A stretch of 64,000 nucleotides of DNA from Candidatus Heimdallarchaeota archaeon (GCA_018238155.1 JABCTZ010000006.1:7321-71320); one strand, 5' to 3'. Counted from the stretch's first letter, positions 28,487 to 38,754 are shown. The notes: generated by a model not told the origin, from the letters alone. Program-made: numbers and translations.

Positions 28487-29284
28487 TCATGCTGTTTTTT
28501 CTTCTATTGGCAACTCTTTGTAGAATTTGCGTAAGAAATTTGGCATAACATAACCTAGATATGCAAATGAACACATTAGAATCGCTGCAACGTAAGCAAT
28601 ATAATAGAATGGTGTAAATCCTTCTATTGAAAAGATAGGTATTAATCCTTCGCTAGCTGTCAAGAAGTCAAGAGCAAAAGAACTGTAAGTTATCACTCCA
28701 AAAACAGCTGAAAGGATAATAAATTTGAATCCTACTTTTTCCCATCTCAGATTTGCTTCTTGAAGTGGACGAATAGTGAGGAACATCAAAGTGAAGAACG
28801 ATATGAAAGTTAATGCTAAATGATAAAGTGTTGGTGAAAGAGCATAAACTGGATTAGGCCAGGTATTAAATGTAGCTCCTATTAATAAACCAATTGTGAT
28901 ACCATTTAATGCTCCAAAAATTATTGGAATAAGCATTTTCGTTCTTCGGAAAATGGGCGATTGTGAGAAAACAATAGCAACAAATATCATAATGAATACA
29001 TTACTAATAGCTGAAAATCCATAACCAATATTGATTCCAAGAGCACTAAAGCCAATAGTAGTATAATTTGTATTTGTAATTATCTCATTATCAATTAGAT
29101 ATTGAATTAATTTACCAAGAAATAAACTAAGAGCTCCAATAACCCAGGCATTAAAAGCAATTGCTAATGTAAGTGCTGCAATTCTCTTACGATCGAAATA
29201 TCTATAGTATAAAGCTGCTACTACAAATGAAACAGCTAGAAAAGCAATTCCTTCTGTGATAACTGCTTCGAGTGGGATATCCAT
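28487..29284 (-). CDS. 7-TM membrane protein, paralog B of a tandem pair
   Basis: Seven hydrophobic helices. It is clearly homologous to the adjacent ORF (SQSPIFRRTK..LNGITIGL, LRWEKVGFKFIIL, FAYLGYVMP). It lies 1 nt downstream of paralog A. Confidence 0.7.
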   Translation of the reverse strand: MDIPLEAVITEGIAFLAVSFVVAALYYRYFDRKRIAALTLAIAFNAWVIGALSLFLGKLIQYLIDNEIITNTNYTTIGFSALGINIGYGFSAISNVFIMIFVAIVFSQSPIFRRTKMLIPIIFGALNGITIGLLIGATFNTWPNPVYALSPTLYHLALTFISFFTLMFLTIRPLQEANLRWEKVGFKFIILSAVFGVITYSSFALDFLTASEGLIPIFSIEGFTPFYYIAYVAAILMCSFAYLGYVMPNFLRKFYKELPIEEKTA

Positions 29285-29285
29285 T

Positions 29286-30089
29286 TTAATTAACCTCCGG
29301 CTCTTTTAGTAAATTACGTATTCTCGTTGGCATAGCATATCCAAGATAAGCAAATGTGGACATTAGGATAGCAAATACCCAACCAAAATAATTAAAGACA
29401 GTATACCCTCTGCCAAATATCTCCTTGAAGAATAAAGGAAATATGAGGTCTAAAACGAACATAACATAAATCATTATACCTGAAAAACCATAAAGGATAA
29501 TGAAGGTAAAACCTGCTCGTTCCCATCTCAAAGTAGCCTCTTTTCTTTCTTTAAAACTAAGAGCTAAGAGTAATGTGAATGAAAAGAATGTTAAGAGCAA
29601 ATGGTATATTGTTTGAGCAATTGGATATTGGGGATTATATAGTTCGGTTGGATCTACAGCGTCCAAGCTTAAAGAAAGAGTATTAATAATTAAACCAATC
29701 GTAATTCCATTAAGAATTGCATTCACTAGTGGTATTGTTTTCTTGGTTCGTCTAAACATTGGTGCTTGAGAAAAGATTTGTGATATGAACAAAACCATAA
29801 ATATGTTACTTGCTGCAGAGAAAAGATAACCAAGGTTGATGCCATATCTTGCGTATTGTATTTCTCCTGCTAATTGTGGCATATTAATGTAATGTAAAAT
29901 AAAACCGAGAAATACTAAAATTCCACTTATCCCCCAGAAGAGGAAGGTTAATGCTAAAGTTAAAGCAGGTTCTTTTCTTCTATCAAAATATTTCATGAAA
30001 AGCATTATAACAACTGTAAATACAGCCAAAAGCACAAATCCTAATATAATTATTGATCCAAGTTTTGGATCTTGAGGTAAGTCTGCCAT
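29286..30089 (-). CDS. 7-TM membrane protein, paralog A of a tandem pair
   Basis: Seven hydrophobic helices. It shares motifs with paralog B (SQAPMFRRTK..LNGITIGL, LRWERAGFTFIIL, FAYLGYAMP). Confidence 0.7.
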   Translation of the reverse strand: MADLPQDPKLGSIIILGFVLLAVFTVVIMLFMKYFDRRKEPALTLALTFLFWGISGILVFLGFILHYINMPQLAGEIQYARYGINLGYLFSAASNIFMVLFISQIFSQAPMFRRTKKTIPLVNAILNGITIGLIINTLSLSLDAVDPTELYNPQYPIAQTIYHLLLTFFSFTLLLALSFKERKEATLRWERAGFTFIILYGFSGIMIYVMFVLDLIFPLFFKEIFGRGYTVFNYFGWVFAILMSTFAYLGYAMPTRIRNLLKEPEVN

Positions 30090-30104
30090 GATGTTTCACT
30101 CCAA

Positions 30105-30560
30105 TTACCAGAGAGCATCCTTCATTTTGTCAATTGGTGACAATTCCTTCTGGTGCCACTCGATCATTTCTAGCATAGATTTCTTAAATTCAGATATTTT
30201 GACAATATCAAAATTATTTGGATCATAAACCTTCTCAAATTTTGTTGCTATTTCCTTAGCAACGCCTTCCCATTGAGATAATATTTTATCATCCATGGAT
30301 GTTTTAAAAACAAAAGTTACTGAAACTCCTTTTTCAGCACAAATTTGAGCTATTAGTTGATCATTTAGACCCAACTTGAAAATGCCTTTCTCAAGTTTCG
30401 TTGCAATGTCTTTTATTTGGTCAAGAAAGCCCATAAAAGTATCAGAATTTGGATCTATATCACCAATCTGAGTTGTAATTAAGGCTTCTCCACTATCTTT
30501 TGAGAAAATAATCGCGTTCTCGATCATAGTAGTTTTTTTCTCCATAAAATGGATAAACAT
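30105..30560 (-). CDS. Small soluble longin/roadblock-like protein (first gene of the 3-gene operon)
   Basis: The predicted secondary-structure order is beta-beta-alpha-beta-beta-beta-alpha (NAIIFSKDSGEALITT / DTFMGFLDQIKDIATKL / FKLGLNDQLIAQICAEKGVSVTFVF / ILSQWEGVAKEIATKFEKVY). The start may be Met6 (30545) or Met12 (30527). Confidence 0.55.
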   Translation of the reverse strand: MFIHFMEKKTTMIENAIIFSKDSGEALITTQIGDIDPNSDTFMGFLDQIKDIATKLEKGIFKLGLNDQLIAQICAEKGVSVTFVFKTSMDDKILSQWEGVAKEIATKFEKVYDPNNFDIVKISEFKKSMLEMIEWHQKELSPIDKMKDALW

Positions 30561-30707
30561 TTGTTTTTATATTTCCATTAGATACTAAAATATACTAGTC
30601 TCTAAGTAAATAAAGTTCACCCTATTAGCAAAACCGGGTGAAAATTCGTTAAATCAAAATTAGCTTTATTTAGGAGAGAATTTATTGTTATTGATGTGAT
30701 TTGGTTC

Positions 30708-31799
30708 ATGAGTAAAAGTAGCGAGTTTCAGTATTATTCTGCACCTGGAAGAGTGTGCTTCTATGGTGAACATCAAGATTATCTAAAACTTAAGGTTGTT
30801 CCTGCTGCAATCAATCTTCGAACACTTATTGGGATTAAGGATAATGATCTAAAACGCATTCGAGTTAAATCACAAGATACAGCTTCTTCAGATGATTTCT
30901 CCATTTCAAAGAAAATATCTTTGGTAAAAAATGAATTTGATTACCTTCGAGCGATAATAATTTCTTTACAAAAGGAAGATTTAGTAGAAAATTTAACTGG
31001 ATTAGATGTTACTATCAGCAGCAGTTTGCCAATTGGATCGGGCTTATCCTCTTCGGCAGCATTATTGGTTGCTTGGACCACAGCACTCAATGATAGGTTC
31101 CAGTTAAATTTAAATAAAGAAGAAATCGCACTGTTGAGTTTCAAAGCAGAAAACAACATTCTTGGAGTGAATTGTGGTATTATGGATCAATATTCCTCTT
31201 CACTAGGAGGTATTATTGGTCTTGATTGTGATGGTCCACCATATAAGATTACTAAGCATTCAACTGCTTTTTCAAGTTTAGTTCTTGGAGATAGTTGTGT
31301 AAGACGTTCAGCAAATGAACCATTAACTATTTTGAAAAATCAATTATATTCTGGGATTAAAAATTTGCAAAAAGTTGTACCATTTAATTTGAAAGAAATT
31401 ACTTTTGAGGAGCTGACGAGATTGAAATCAACTTTAACACCAAATGAGCAAAAAAGGTTGCATGGTGCAATAGTTATTCGAGACATAACCAAAGAGGCTC
31501 AACGAAATTTGTCTAAGAAAAGCAACCTGAATTTGCCTTTATTGGGAGAATTATTAACAAAACAGCATGATGCTCTGAGAGATTTATTAGAAGTATCAAT
31601 TCCCATATTAGATAATATGGTTAATGCATCAATAAAAGCGGGAGCACTTGGAGCCAAGTTAACTGGAGCAGGATTTGGTGGTTGCATTGTAGCTCTTGCT
31701 CCTGGAAAAGAAAAAGAAGTTGCAGCAGCAATAGAACATTCCGGTGGAAAAGCAATAATTTGTCAAGTGGATTCCGAAGGTGGAAGAAAAGAGAAATAG
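30708..31799 (+). CDS. GHMP-family kinase (galactokinase-like signature)
   Basis: SAPGRVCFYGEHQDYL is the galactokinase-type GEH.DY motif, and the GHMP ATP loop is PIGSGLSSSAALLVA. I preferred the ATG at 30708 to the GTG at 30696. Confidence 0.8.
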   Translation: MSKSSEFQYYSAPGRVCFYGEHQDYLKLKVVPAAINLRTLIGIKDNDLKRIRVKSQDTASSDDFSISKKISLVKNEFDYLRAIIISLQKEDLVENLTGLDVTISSSLPIGSGLSSSAALLVAWTTALNDRFQLNLNKEEIALLSFKAENNILGVNCGIMDQYSSSLGGIIGLDCDGPPYKITKHSTAFSSLVLGDSCVRRSANEPLTILKNQLYSGIKNLQKVVPFNLKEITFEELTRLKSTLTPNEQKRLHGAIVIRDITKEAQRNLSKKSNLNLPLLGELLTKQHDALRDLLEVSIPILDNMVNASIKAGALGAKLTGAGFGGCIVALAPGKEKEVAAAIEHSGGKAIICQVDSEGGRKEK

Positions 31800-31827
31800 T
31801 AAAAGTAACCTATTTCTCCAATGAAGA

Positions 31828-34800
31828 TTATTTCCTTCCAACTATTCTTGGATTGATTTTTCCTTCTAGAATTAAGTATTCAATTTCTCTCTGAATTGTT
31901 TCAGGTGGGAAGTTCATTTGGGTTGAAATTTTGTTAATGTCAATATTTCCAATGTCTTGATAACCTAATGCAAGCTTCGCGACTTCACTTCTGAGTTGAA
32001 GATATGAATAGAGTACTGTTGTGTCTTTATTAAATACTGCCATAAACTTTTGTGGAATGTATTCGATACGAATTACGCTAAGAATTTCATCTAACCGTAA
32101 TTTTGTTTTATTAGCTAAATCTGCTACAATAGCTTTACCATTATCTAATAATTCTTTATCACACCAGTGCAATACTTCAGAAAGTATATCACTTGAAACA
32201 AAAAGACCAATTTTGAAGTACTTGCCTGTGATTTCTTTATGAGCATAAAGATCTTGAATTAGAACGTTGATTAAACGAGATATTGGTTGATTTTCTAAAT
32301 ATTCATAAATACTAATTCTTCCTCGCTCATAAATATCTGCTCGAACTTGTTCCTTATAGATATCAATGAATTCTTGGATATTCCTTTGGAATTTGATATT
32401 TACTAAGCTTGCTTGTTGTAGTGTGAGGGAAAGATTTCCTTCTTGAAGGGCAACCAAAGATTTCTTGAGTGCAATAAATGTCCTATTTTTCAAAACACGT
32501 TGGTCATTAATTTCTTCAATAATTGTTTGAATTGCTTTGAAATCCCAAATACGTAATTTCTTAAGTGAGGATCTGATTAGAAGATCTAAGAATAAGTTAA
32601 TGATTTTTGAATCAGTAGTCGCTTTAAGATATTTGAACATTAAGTCATCATAAATTTTGGTTTCTTCTATAAAACTACCAGTGCGTTCGTAAATATCTGT
32701 TGCAGCAAAAACATATGGAATTGAATGGAAGATAAGATCCTTCTTACCTGATTTAAGCATCTTTTTAGCTTGATCCAATGCTTGAAAGGCAAGGTCTTCT
32801 GCTTGTTCAATCATATTTCTATTGGCATAAACCATTCCGGGAACAAGATAACAGATATACCCATCTTCAATGGGTACAGTGTTGAAGAGATTCTGGATAG
32901 TTGTTGCTATGATTTTTATGCTCTTCTCATCTTGAGAGAGTTCATAATTTTCAAGAGAAGTTGAATAATAATATAATCCTTCTTTGAATTTGTCTTCTTT
33001 AATTTTCTGATCGCCAATACTTGCACTTATCATTGCTACATCAGCAATTAAACGATTATCACCAAAGATTTCATATATTCTTCCAGCAGCTTTCAGGAAA
33101 TTGATAGCGTCACTTAATTTATTTTTATCTGCTGCAAGTTGACCTAGAGCTATACAATGTTTTCCAAGGTCAATAATTCTGTCTCGTTGTCCAAAATTAT
33201 TCATTGCCGTTGCCAAAGTTTCCATTAGGACATCAAGACCTTTGAAACGTTTTTTCGTTAAACTTTCAAGTATAACTAATAATTCATCAATGATTGCAAT
33301 TCCAATTTGAGTTTGTTTGGATAGAGATGCTAATCGCAATGCTTGGTCTTCAATTCTTATTGCTTTATCGAAAGTAGTTGATTTTTGATGTAATAATTCA
33401 GCAGTCTGATGCCAAGCTATAATCATATTTGCATAATCCAAATTGCCAAGAATGGATAGAGGGTAATTTGAGTTGATAATTGAGCTGAGTAATTTGATGA
33501 TATTTTCTCTTGCAAAAATTACTAAGTCAACATTCTTTTCTTCAGATATATCTTGGTTTAATTGTATTAATGGAAATGCTACTACAGGATAGAACTCTTT
33601 TTCTGATAAGTTGATAACTAGATTGATAGTTGTACTTAGTAATTTCATACCATCTTTTCTAGTTGAAGATTCTAGGCAAAGAATCCTTCCAGTTTGAGCT
33701 AATGTGCCAATAAACTTTCTACTTTCTTTGATATCATTGACTTCTAGATAGATACTTCTTGCTTGATTTACTGTTGCATCAATTAAGTCAAATTTCTTAT
33801 TTTTAATTAAATAATTAACATGGTCTAAATAATTATTTGCAATATTAATCTTTAATTTAGAATTACTCGCTAAATCTGCTGCTGCATTTGCAGCATCTAA
33901 AATACCTCTGGCTATTCTTGGTCCACGTGAAATGAGTAATTTTTTACCATAATCAGTTAGTATTTTAGATAAATGTTCAAGACCTTTCTGATTTTTTGTT
34001 TGACTCAAGAATTTAGTTGTTGAATCAATAAATTGTTCAATAAGCTCTAATCGACTATCTTCATCTATTATGCTCTTTTCATATTGTGCTCCTATTACTT
34101 GTGAAATGGTTTCAAGATAGTTAGCTCCTGCTCGAGAGGTTTTTTCGAGTTTAGTTTCATATTGTACGATAAGCTCACCACCAGCATTCATAAATTGAAT
34201 GCCTAAAATTGGGTCTCCTTCTTTAATTAATTTCAAACCAAAATCAATGCATCTGTTTCCTACTTTTGGCAGATAATTGTTTAAACCTGCTCTAGTAGAA
34301 AGTTCCATTGCTTTTGAGAAATAGAGAGCCGCGATATCGAAATTCCGTTCATTGAGCATTTTACCTCCTTGGTTGATAAAGATTTCAGAGATCACCATGA
34401 TTCTTTCAGTTCGTTGAAGGAAGATATACAATCCACCGGCAAGCTCAACTAAAGGCATTCCAGTATTAATGTTATTATTATCAATTTGTTTTCGACCTTC
34501 AGCAATGAGTTCATTAACAATATCTAATGATTCTTTGGTTAAGTTCCCTTGAGCTAAGAGATGAACACCATTTCTAAATGCTTCAACTGCAGCTGCCATT
34601 TCATTTCTTTGCATAAGAGTTCGTCCTAAATCAATACTGATTTGACCGATACCTGTAAGATCATTTATTGTACGGAGGATGCCAATACCTGATGCAAGAA
34701 TAACATGAGATGCTTCGAGTTTTCCATCTTCTCTAAGAATGATACCTTGATTTCTACATACAGTAGCTAAGTGCTTAATTGAAGATTCATCCGAGATTTG

Positions 34801-37800
34801 AGCTATTTTCTCCATGCCCTTGTCAATTAATCGGCTACCACCAACATTTCTTCCATAAGAAATCAATAGAGCTGCTCCAACAAAACATTTCTCAACACCA
34901 CCTGTCATCTCTCCTTTAGCAAAGAGAGCATCAATTGCTGTGTTGATTAAATGGAATCCTTCTTTGGCTCTTTCAGCTTCAATGTAATTCTTTGCATGTG
35001 TGAGTAGCCTTTCAGTGCCGAGGAACAAATCATCAGCAGAAGTCATTGCTTCAAAGGCAATTGGTAACATTTTGAATGCTATGTCATATTCTCTTTTCTT
35101 CTGGAGGTCTGTGGCGATTTTAAATATAGAATTCGCTAGATGGATTAATCGATTATTCTTTCCGGTCCTTCTAAAGAGAGTAAAGCTTTCCTTGAATAAT
35201 TCTATAGATTTCTCATGATTTTTAATCTCATAAAATGTTTGACCTTCAATCATACAAAGACGGCCTGTGAATTCTTCGCCAACTATAGCACCAATAGTAA
35301 GTGCAACTTCCCATAATCGTAATCCAGCATCAGGATTATTACTTTTGATATTTGCAGTACCAAAAGCCATGACCTTAAGAGCAGTTTCTTCTACTTCTTT
35401 CATACGGTTATTTTGTTCCAGAATTTTAGCTATTTTTGCATAACAGAGAATGCTATTTTCAATACTATTTGCAGCCATCAATTGATCAACTAACTCTTCT
35501 AAAAATTGAATAGATTCATCCACACGTTTAATTTCAGTTAAGATTTCTGCTCCACGAATACCCCATGAAACAGCTACTTCGTTATTCTTTTGTTTGAGAA
35601 ACTCTTCACAAGTATTGATACAGATGCCCGCAGCTTCAATATCTTTATTCACGCTTCGAAGAATTTCAATTGTGAGATTAATGTAGTTTGTTGCTGGGAG
35701 GAGTTCACTTTCAACAATTAAATTACTTGAAATTATTGCTACTTCATTTGCAAGTTGACTAAGCTGTTTCAAATTTTGGGTTTGAATATATGCTTTGTAG
35801 GTTTTTTCTAAACTAATTAAAGCAGCATCATGTAGGTTTTCTTTTGAGAAAATTTGCCATTCTTTTAGTTTAATTTCTTCGTTAAGTTTTAAATCGTTAT
35901 TTTGTAAAGCAAAATTTTCAGCTAACTGAAAGAATTCTTGGCTTCTTGTTGACCTAACTCCTCTATCTAATTTTATTGAAGGAATAATACCTTGAACAAT
36001 TTCTGTTGCTATATCGATTATTTGGTTGATGAGTTTGGTTAATTTTTTATCTTTTTTTAGACTTAGAAAGATATCACCTGTTTCTCTGAATTTTACTAAC
36101 CCTTCTTCCAAATTATTATTTATAATATGATATTCGCCCATTGAATTTTGTATTTCAGCAATTGATGAAGGATCTTTTAAAATAACGTACAATTCTATTG
36201 CTTTGTCTAAAAGAACAAGACCAAATTGAGGTGTGTAGCTTTGAAGGAATTTTTCACCTTCAATTCTTGCTGTTTGAGCTCCTTGGACAGTTTTATCTGC
36301 TTTATTGAGAGCTTCTATACCTAGAGTTATCATGCTATTCGATTCAACAAGCTTGTCTTTTTTGAAGAGATCTCTTCCTTTTTCAATAATTTCAGCACCA
36401 ACTATAGCTGCGTGTCTAACTGATGAAGAAAGATACAAATCAATTGACTTTGAGTAATATTTTATCGAAAGACCAAATTGTTCTTTAGATAGAAATTCTT
36501 TTGCTGTTTCATATGAACGACCTGCTTCTGCCTCTGTGCTAACTGCTCCATCTATCTGAATGGCTACTTGAAATCCTTTTTCAGCGTTAACAAAATCACC
36601 TTTATTCAAGATGGTTGTAAATGTTTCAAAACAATGATTTGCTACACCCGGATAAATCTTACCTTTTTCGGGTATTTTATTCTTTACAGAAGCAAGAAGG
36701 TAATATTCCAAACTCTTTTCGTGATTATCATGTTCAGAATGATATCTTGCTAGTGCTGAAAGAATTCTTGCTGCTTCTTCCGGTTGATCCGCTTTCGTGA
36801 ATTCAACAGCTCCTTCCTCAAAAAGAGGGTCTGCATAATCAGTAAGATTCTTTCGCAAGAAATCAGCTGCAAAACTAACCATAATTCTAGCAGCTCGTTC
36901 ATATTCTCCTGCCTCTGAGAGTACTTTGCCACTCCCTCGAGCAGATGCAAGCGTGATATCATTTAGTTCTTCAATATTGAATTTTCTGATATTAGTTATA
37001 TGATCTTCAATAGTTTCTACTGCTGAATTGATATTTCGTTTAATTAAGGCTCTAGAGAGCGTTTCATTAAAATCACAAGCAGCACTCCATAATCCTTCTG
37101 CATTGATAATATCGCCATTTTTTATACACTGTTCTGAGTACTTCGTTGCCAACATCACTAATGGTTTGAATTTTTGTTCTTGGAGTTCTGCAGGAATTGT
37201 TTGAGCAGCAAGCTTTAATCGGTCTAATGCAGTATCAAAATGTCCTTCAACAAGTAGCTCATCTGCAAGCTTGAGGTAAACATCTGCTGCGTCTTCGTTT
37301 TTGCCTGCTTTTATATAAGCTTCAGCTGCTTTTGTTGCTAAATCAATGCCTGTCTGAAGATTTCTAACTTTAAACATTGGTTTCCACGAAGAATCAAAAG
37401 TATCTGCTGCTAGCTCTATTTCTCCTAATTCCATAAAGAAATCCGCACAAAGACGATACATTATTTCAGCATAATGGAAATCATTTTTATCAAAACGTTC
37501 TCGAGCGAGCTGTCGTATTTCACTGGGAATATCTACTCTTTCTTCGCTTTCAGGCAGTTCTTTTAATGGGTCAATCATTTTTTTGAAAGCTTCAGTTGCA
37601 AGTTGAAATTTGTTATATTTTAGTAGAAGCTCAGCTTCTTTCTTATAAACTAATACCTCAAAATTACGGTCAATTAATTTTCCAATTTCAATTGCAATAT
37701 TAAAATAATCTCTGCCAATTGGATACTGTTCTATTGTGTGAAGTTGTAATCCCATAGAAATAATACTATTTCCAAATTCGATGATATCATCTTTTTTACC

Positions 37801-38754
37801 AATTTCGATATAATATTCTTTGGCCATATTATAGTAGGGAATTGCTTCACTGTAAAGTTTCTTTTCAAAAATAGCTAATCCAATTAAAGCTAACTCACGT
37901 GCAAGAACGGTAATTGCGGGAATTGCATCACGAGAAATACAAATATCTTTTGCATGTTTGATTAAACGAACAGCAGTGCTATTTTCATACTGAACTGCAT
38001 CTGATTTTACAAGTATGTTTTCGGGGTCTAAAATCTCAGGGATTAAGGTTTCAATGTGCACGATAAAATTTTCCATTACCTTTTCAGCTGCCAAGATAAT
38101 AATTTCCTTATTATCAGGTTTCATTTCAAGAAGTAGCTTTACAGCTTCATCAAGAGCTTTATCTCCTTTTTCAGCTTGCTTCCCATCAAAATATTTTTGA
38201 GAGAGTGAGGTGTAGAAATCAATAGACCCAATTTCATAATCAGCTTTTTTATAAAGTGCTTTTGCTTTCTCTAAATACTCTTCCCCAATTTTTTCTTCCT
38301 CGGTTTTTACTTTTACTTTTAACAATATTTGGATGACATTTTCACTATATGCTTTTGCTGCCTCTAAGTATTTTTCTTTCGGATCTTTGCCGATTTTTTC
38401 ATATTGACTTGCAATTGTTTCATTTATTTTACCCACTAAATCATACCTGTTTTCTCTTGTCTGGAAAATTATGGCTGCTTTCTCTAAGAATTCTTCAGCA
38501 CTAGTTTGAAATGTTTCAAAATTCGAATAGTCCAATTTTTCACTAGCATCAATAAAATAATTAATCGTTTGAATCAATATTTTTGAATCATTTTTAATAA
38601 CTACTGCTTCAGCTATTTCCAGTAATAATCGAGATGCTTCTTCATGATTATCTTTCTCAATCAAAGTATGAATTAATCTAAAGAATTCATCCACTGCTGC
38701 TCTTGTTGAACCAGAATTTAGGAGATGGCGTGCTTTTTCAATATTCTCAAACAT
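31828..38754 (-). CDS. Giant (2308 aa) all-alpha SNAP/TPR-like solenoid protein with C-terminal winged-helix (PCI-like) modules
   Basis: Uninterrupted 6927-nt frame in AT-rich DNA. It shows repeated helical-hairpin periodicity (for example ATKAAEAYIKAGKNEDAADVYLKLADELL). The C-terminus is NIDINKISTQMNFPPETIQREIEYLILEGKINPRIVGRK. No TM, signal peptide or enzyme motif was seen. Confidence 0.85.
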   Translation of the reverse strand: MFENIEKARHLLNSGSTRAAVDEFFRLIHTLIEKDNHEEASRLLLEIAEAVVIKNDSKILIQTINYFIDASEKLDYSNFETFQTSAEEFLEKAAIIFQTRENRYDLVGKINETIASQYEKIGKDPKEKYLEAAKAYSENVIQILLKVKVKTEEEKIGEEYLEKAKALYKKADYEIGSIDFYTSLSQKYFDGKQAEKGDKALDEAVKLLLEMKPDNKEIIILAAEKVMENFIVHIETLIPEILDPENILVKSDAVQYENSTAVRLIKHAKDICISRDAIPAITVLARELALIGLAIFEKKLYSEAIPYYNMAKEYYIEIGKKDDIIEFGNSIISMGLQLHTIEQYPIGRDYFNIAIEIGKLIDRNFEVLVYKKEAELLLKYNKFQLATEAFKKMIDPLKELPESEERVDIPSEIRQLARERFDKNDFHYAEIMYRLCADFFMELGEIELAADTFDSSWKPMFKVRNLQTGIDLATKAAEAYIKAGKNEDAADVYLKLADELLVEGHFDTALDRLKLAAQTIPAELQEQKFKPLVMLATKYSEQCIKNGDIINAEGLWSAACDFNETLSRALIKRNINSAVETIEDHITNIRKFNIEELNDITLASARGSGKVLSEAGEYERAARIMVSFAADFLRKNLTDYADPLFEEGAVEFTKADQPEEAARILSALARYHSEHDNHEKSLEYYLLASVKNKIPEKGKIYPGVANHCFETFTTILNKGDFVNAEKGFQVAIQIDGAVSTEAEAGRSYETAKEFLSKEQFGLSIKYYSKSIDLYLSSSVRHAAIVGAEIIEKGRDLFKKDKLVESNSMITLGIEALNKADKTVQGAQTARIEGEKFLQSYTPQFGLVLLDKAIELYVILKDPSSIAEIQNSMGEYHIINNNLEEGLVKFRETGDIFLSLKKDKKLTKLINQIIDIATEIVQGIIPSIKLDRGVRSTRSQEFFQLAENFALQNNDLKLNEEIKLKEWQIFSKENLHDAALISLEKTYKAYIQTQNLKQLSQLANEVAIISSNLIVESELLPATNYINLTIEILRSVNKDIEAAGICINTCEEFLKQKNNEVAVSWGIRGAEILTEIKRVDESIQFLEELVDQLMAANSIENSILCYAKIAKILEQNNRMKEVEETALKVMAFGTANIKSNNPDAGLRLWEVALTIGAIVGEEFTGRLCMIEGQTFYEIKNHEKSIELFKESFTLFRRTGKNNRLIHLANSIFKIATDLQKKREYDIAFKMLPIAFEAMTSADDLFLGTERLLTHAKNYIEAERAKEGFHLINTAIDALFAKGEMTGGVEKCFVGAALLISYGRNVGGSRLIDKGMEKIAQISDESSIKHLATVCRNQGIILREDGKLEASHVILASGIGILRTINDLTGIGQISIDLGRTLMQRNEMAAAVEAFRNGVHLLAQGNLTKESLDIVNELIAEGRKQIDNNNINTGMPLVELAGGLYIFLQRTERIMVISEIFINQGGKMLNERNFDIAALYFSKAMELSTRAGLNNYLPKVGNRCIDFGLKLIKEGDPILGIQFMNAGGELIVQYETKLEKTSRAGANYLETISQVIGAQYEKSIIDEDSRLELIEQFIDSTTKFLSQTKNQKGLEHLSKILTDYGKKLLISRGPRIARGILDAANAAADLASNSKLKINIANNYLDHVNYLIKNKKFDLIDATVNQARSIYLEVNDIKESRKFIGTLAQTGRILCLESSTRKDGMKLLSTTINLVINLSEKEFYPVVAFPLIQLNQDISEEKNVDLVIFARENIIKLLSSIINSNYPLSILGNLDYANMIIAWHQTAELLHQKSTTFDKAIRIEDQALRLASLSKQTQIGIAIIDELLVILESLTKKRFKGLDVLMETLATAMNNFGQRDRIIDLGKHCIALGQLAADKNKLSDAINFLKAAGRIYEIFGDNRLIADVAMISASIGDQKIKEDKFKEGLYYYSTSLENYELSQDEKSIKIIATTIQNLFNTVPIEDGYICYLVPGMVYANRNMIEQAEDLAFQALDQAKKMLKSGKKDLIFHSIPYVFAATDIYERTGSFIEETKIYDDLMFKYLKATTDSKIINLFLDLLIRSSLKKLRIWDFKAIQTIIEEINDQRVLKNRTFIALKKSLVALQEGNLSLTLQQASLVNIKFQRNIQEFIDIYKEQVRADIYERGRISIYEYLENQPISRLINVLIQDLYAHKEITGKYFKIGLFVSSDILSEVLHWCDKELLDNGKAIVADLANKTKLRLDEILSVIRIEYIPQKFMAVFNKDTTVLYSYLQLRSEVAKLALGYQDIGNIDINKISTQMNFPPETIQREIEYLILEGKINPRIVGRK

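Noticed and set aside
28487-30089. The tandem 7-TM proteins as microbial rhodopsins or heliorhodopsins
   Set aside because: There is no lysine in the seventh helix (…YYIAYVAAILMCSFAYLGYV…) to form a retinal Schiff base, and no DTD/NTQ-type helix-3 motif.
30708-31799. Mevalonate kinase assignment for the GHMP kinase
   Set aside because: The N-terminal motif is galactokinase-like (APGRV.F.GEH.DY) rather than the mevalonate-kinase type (APGK.IL.GEHAVV). I left it as a generic GHMP sugar-kinase-like enzyme.
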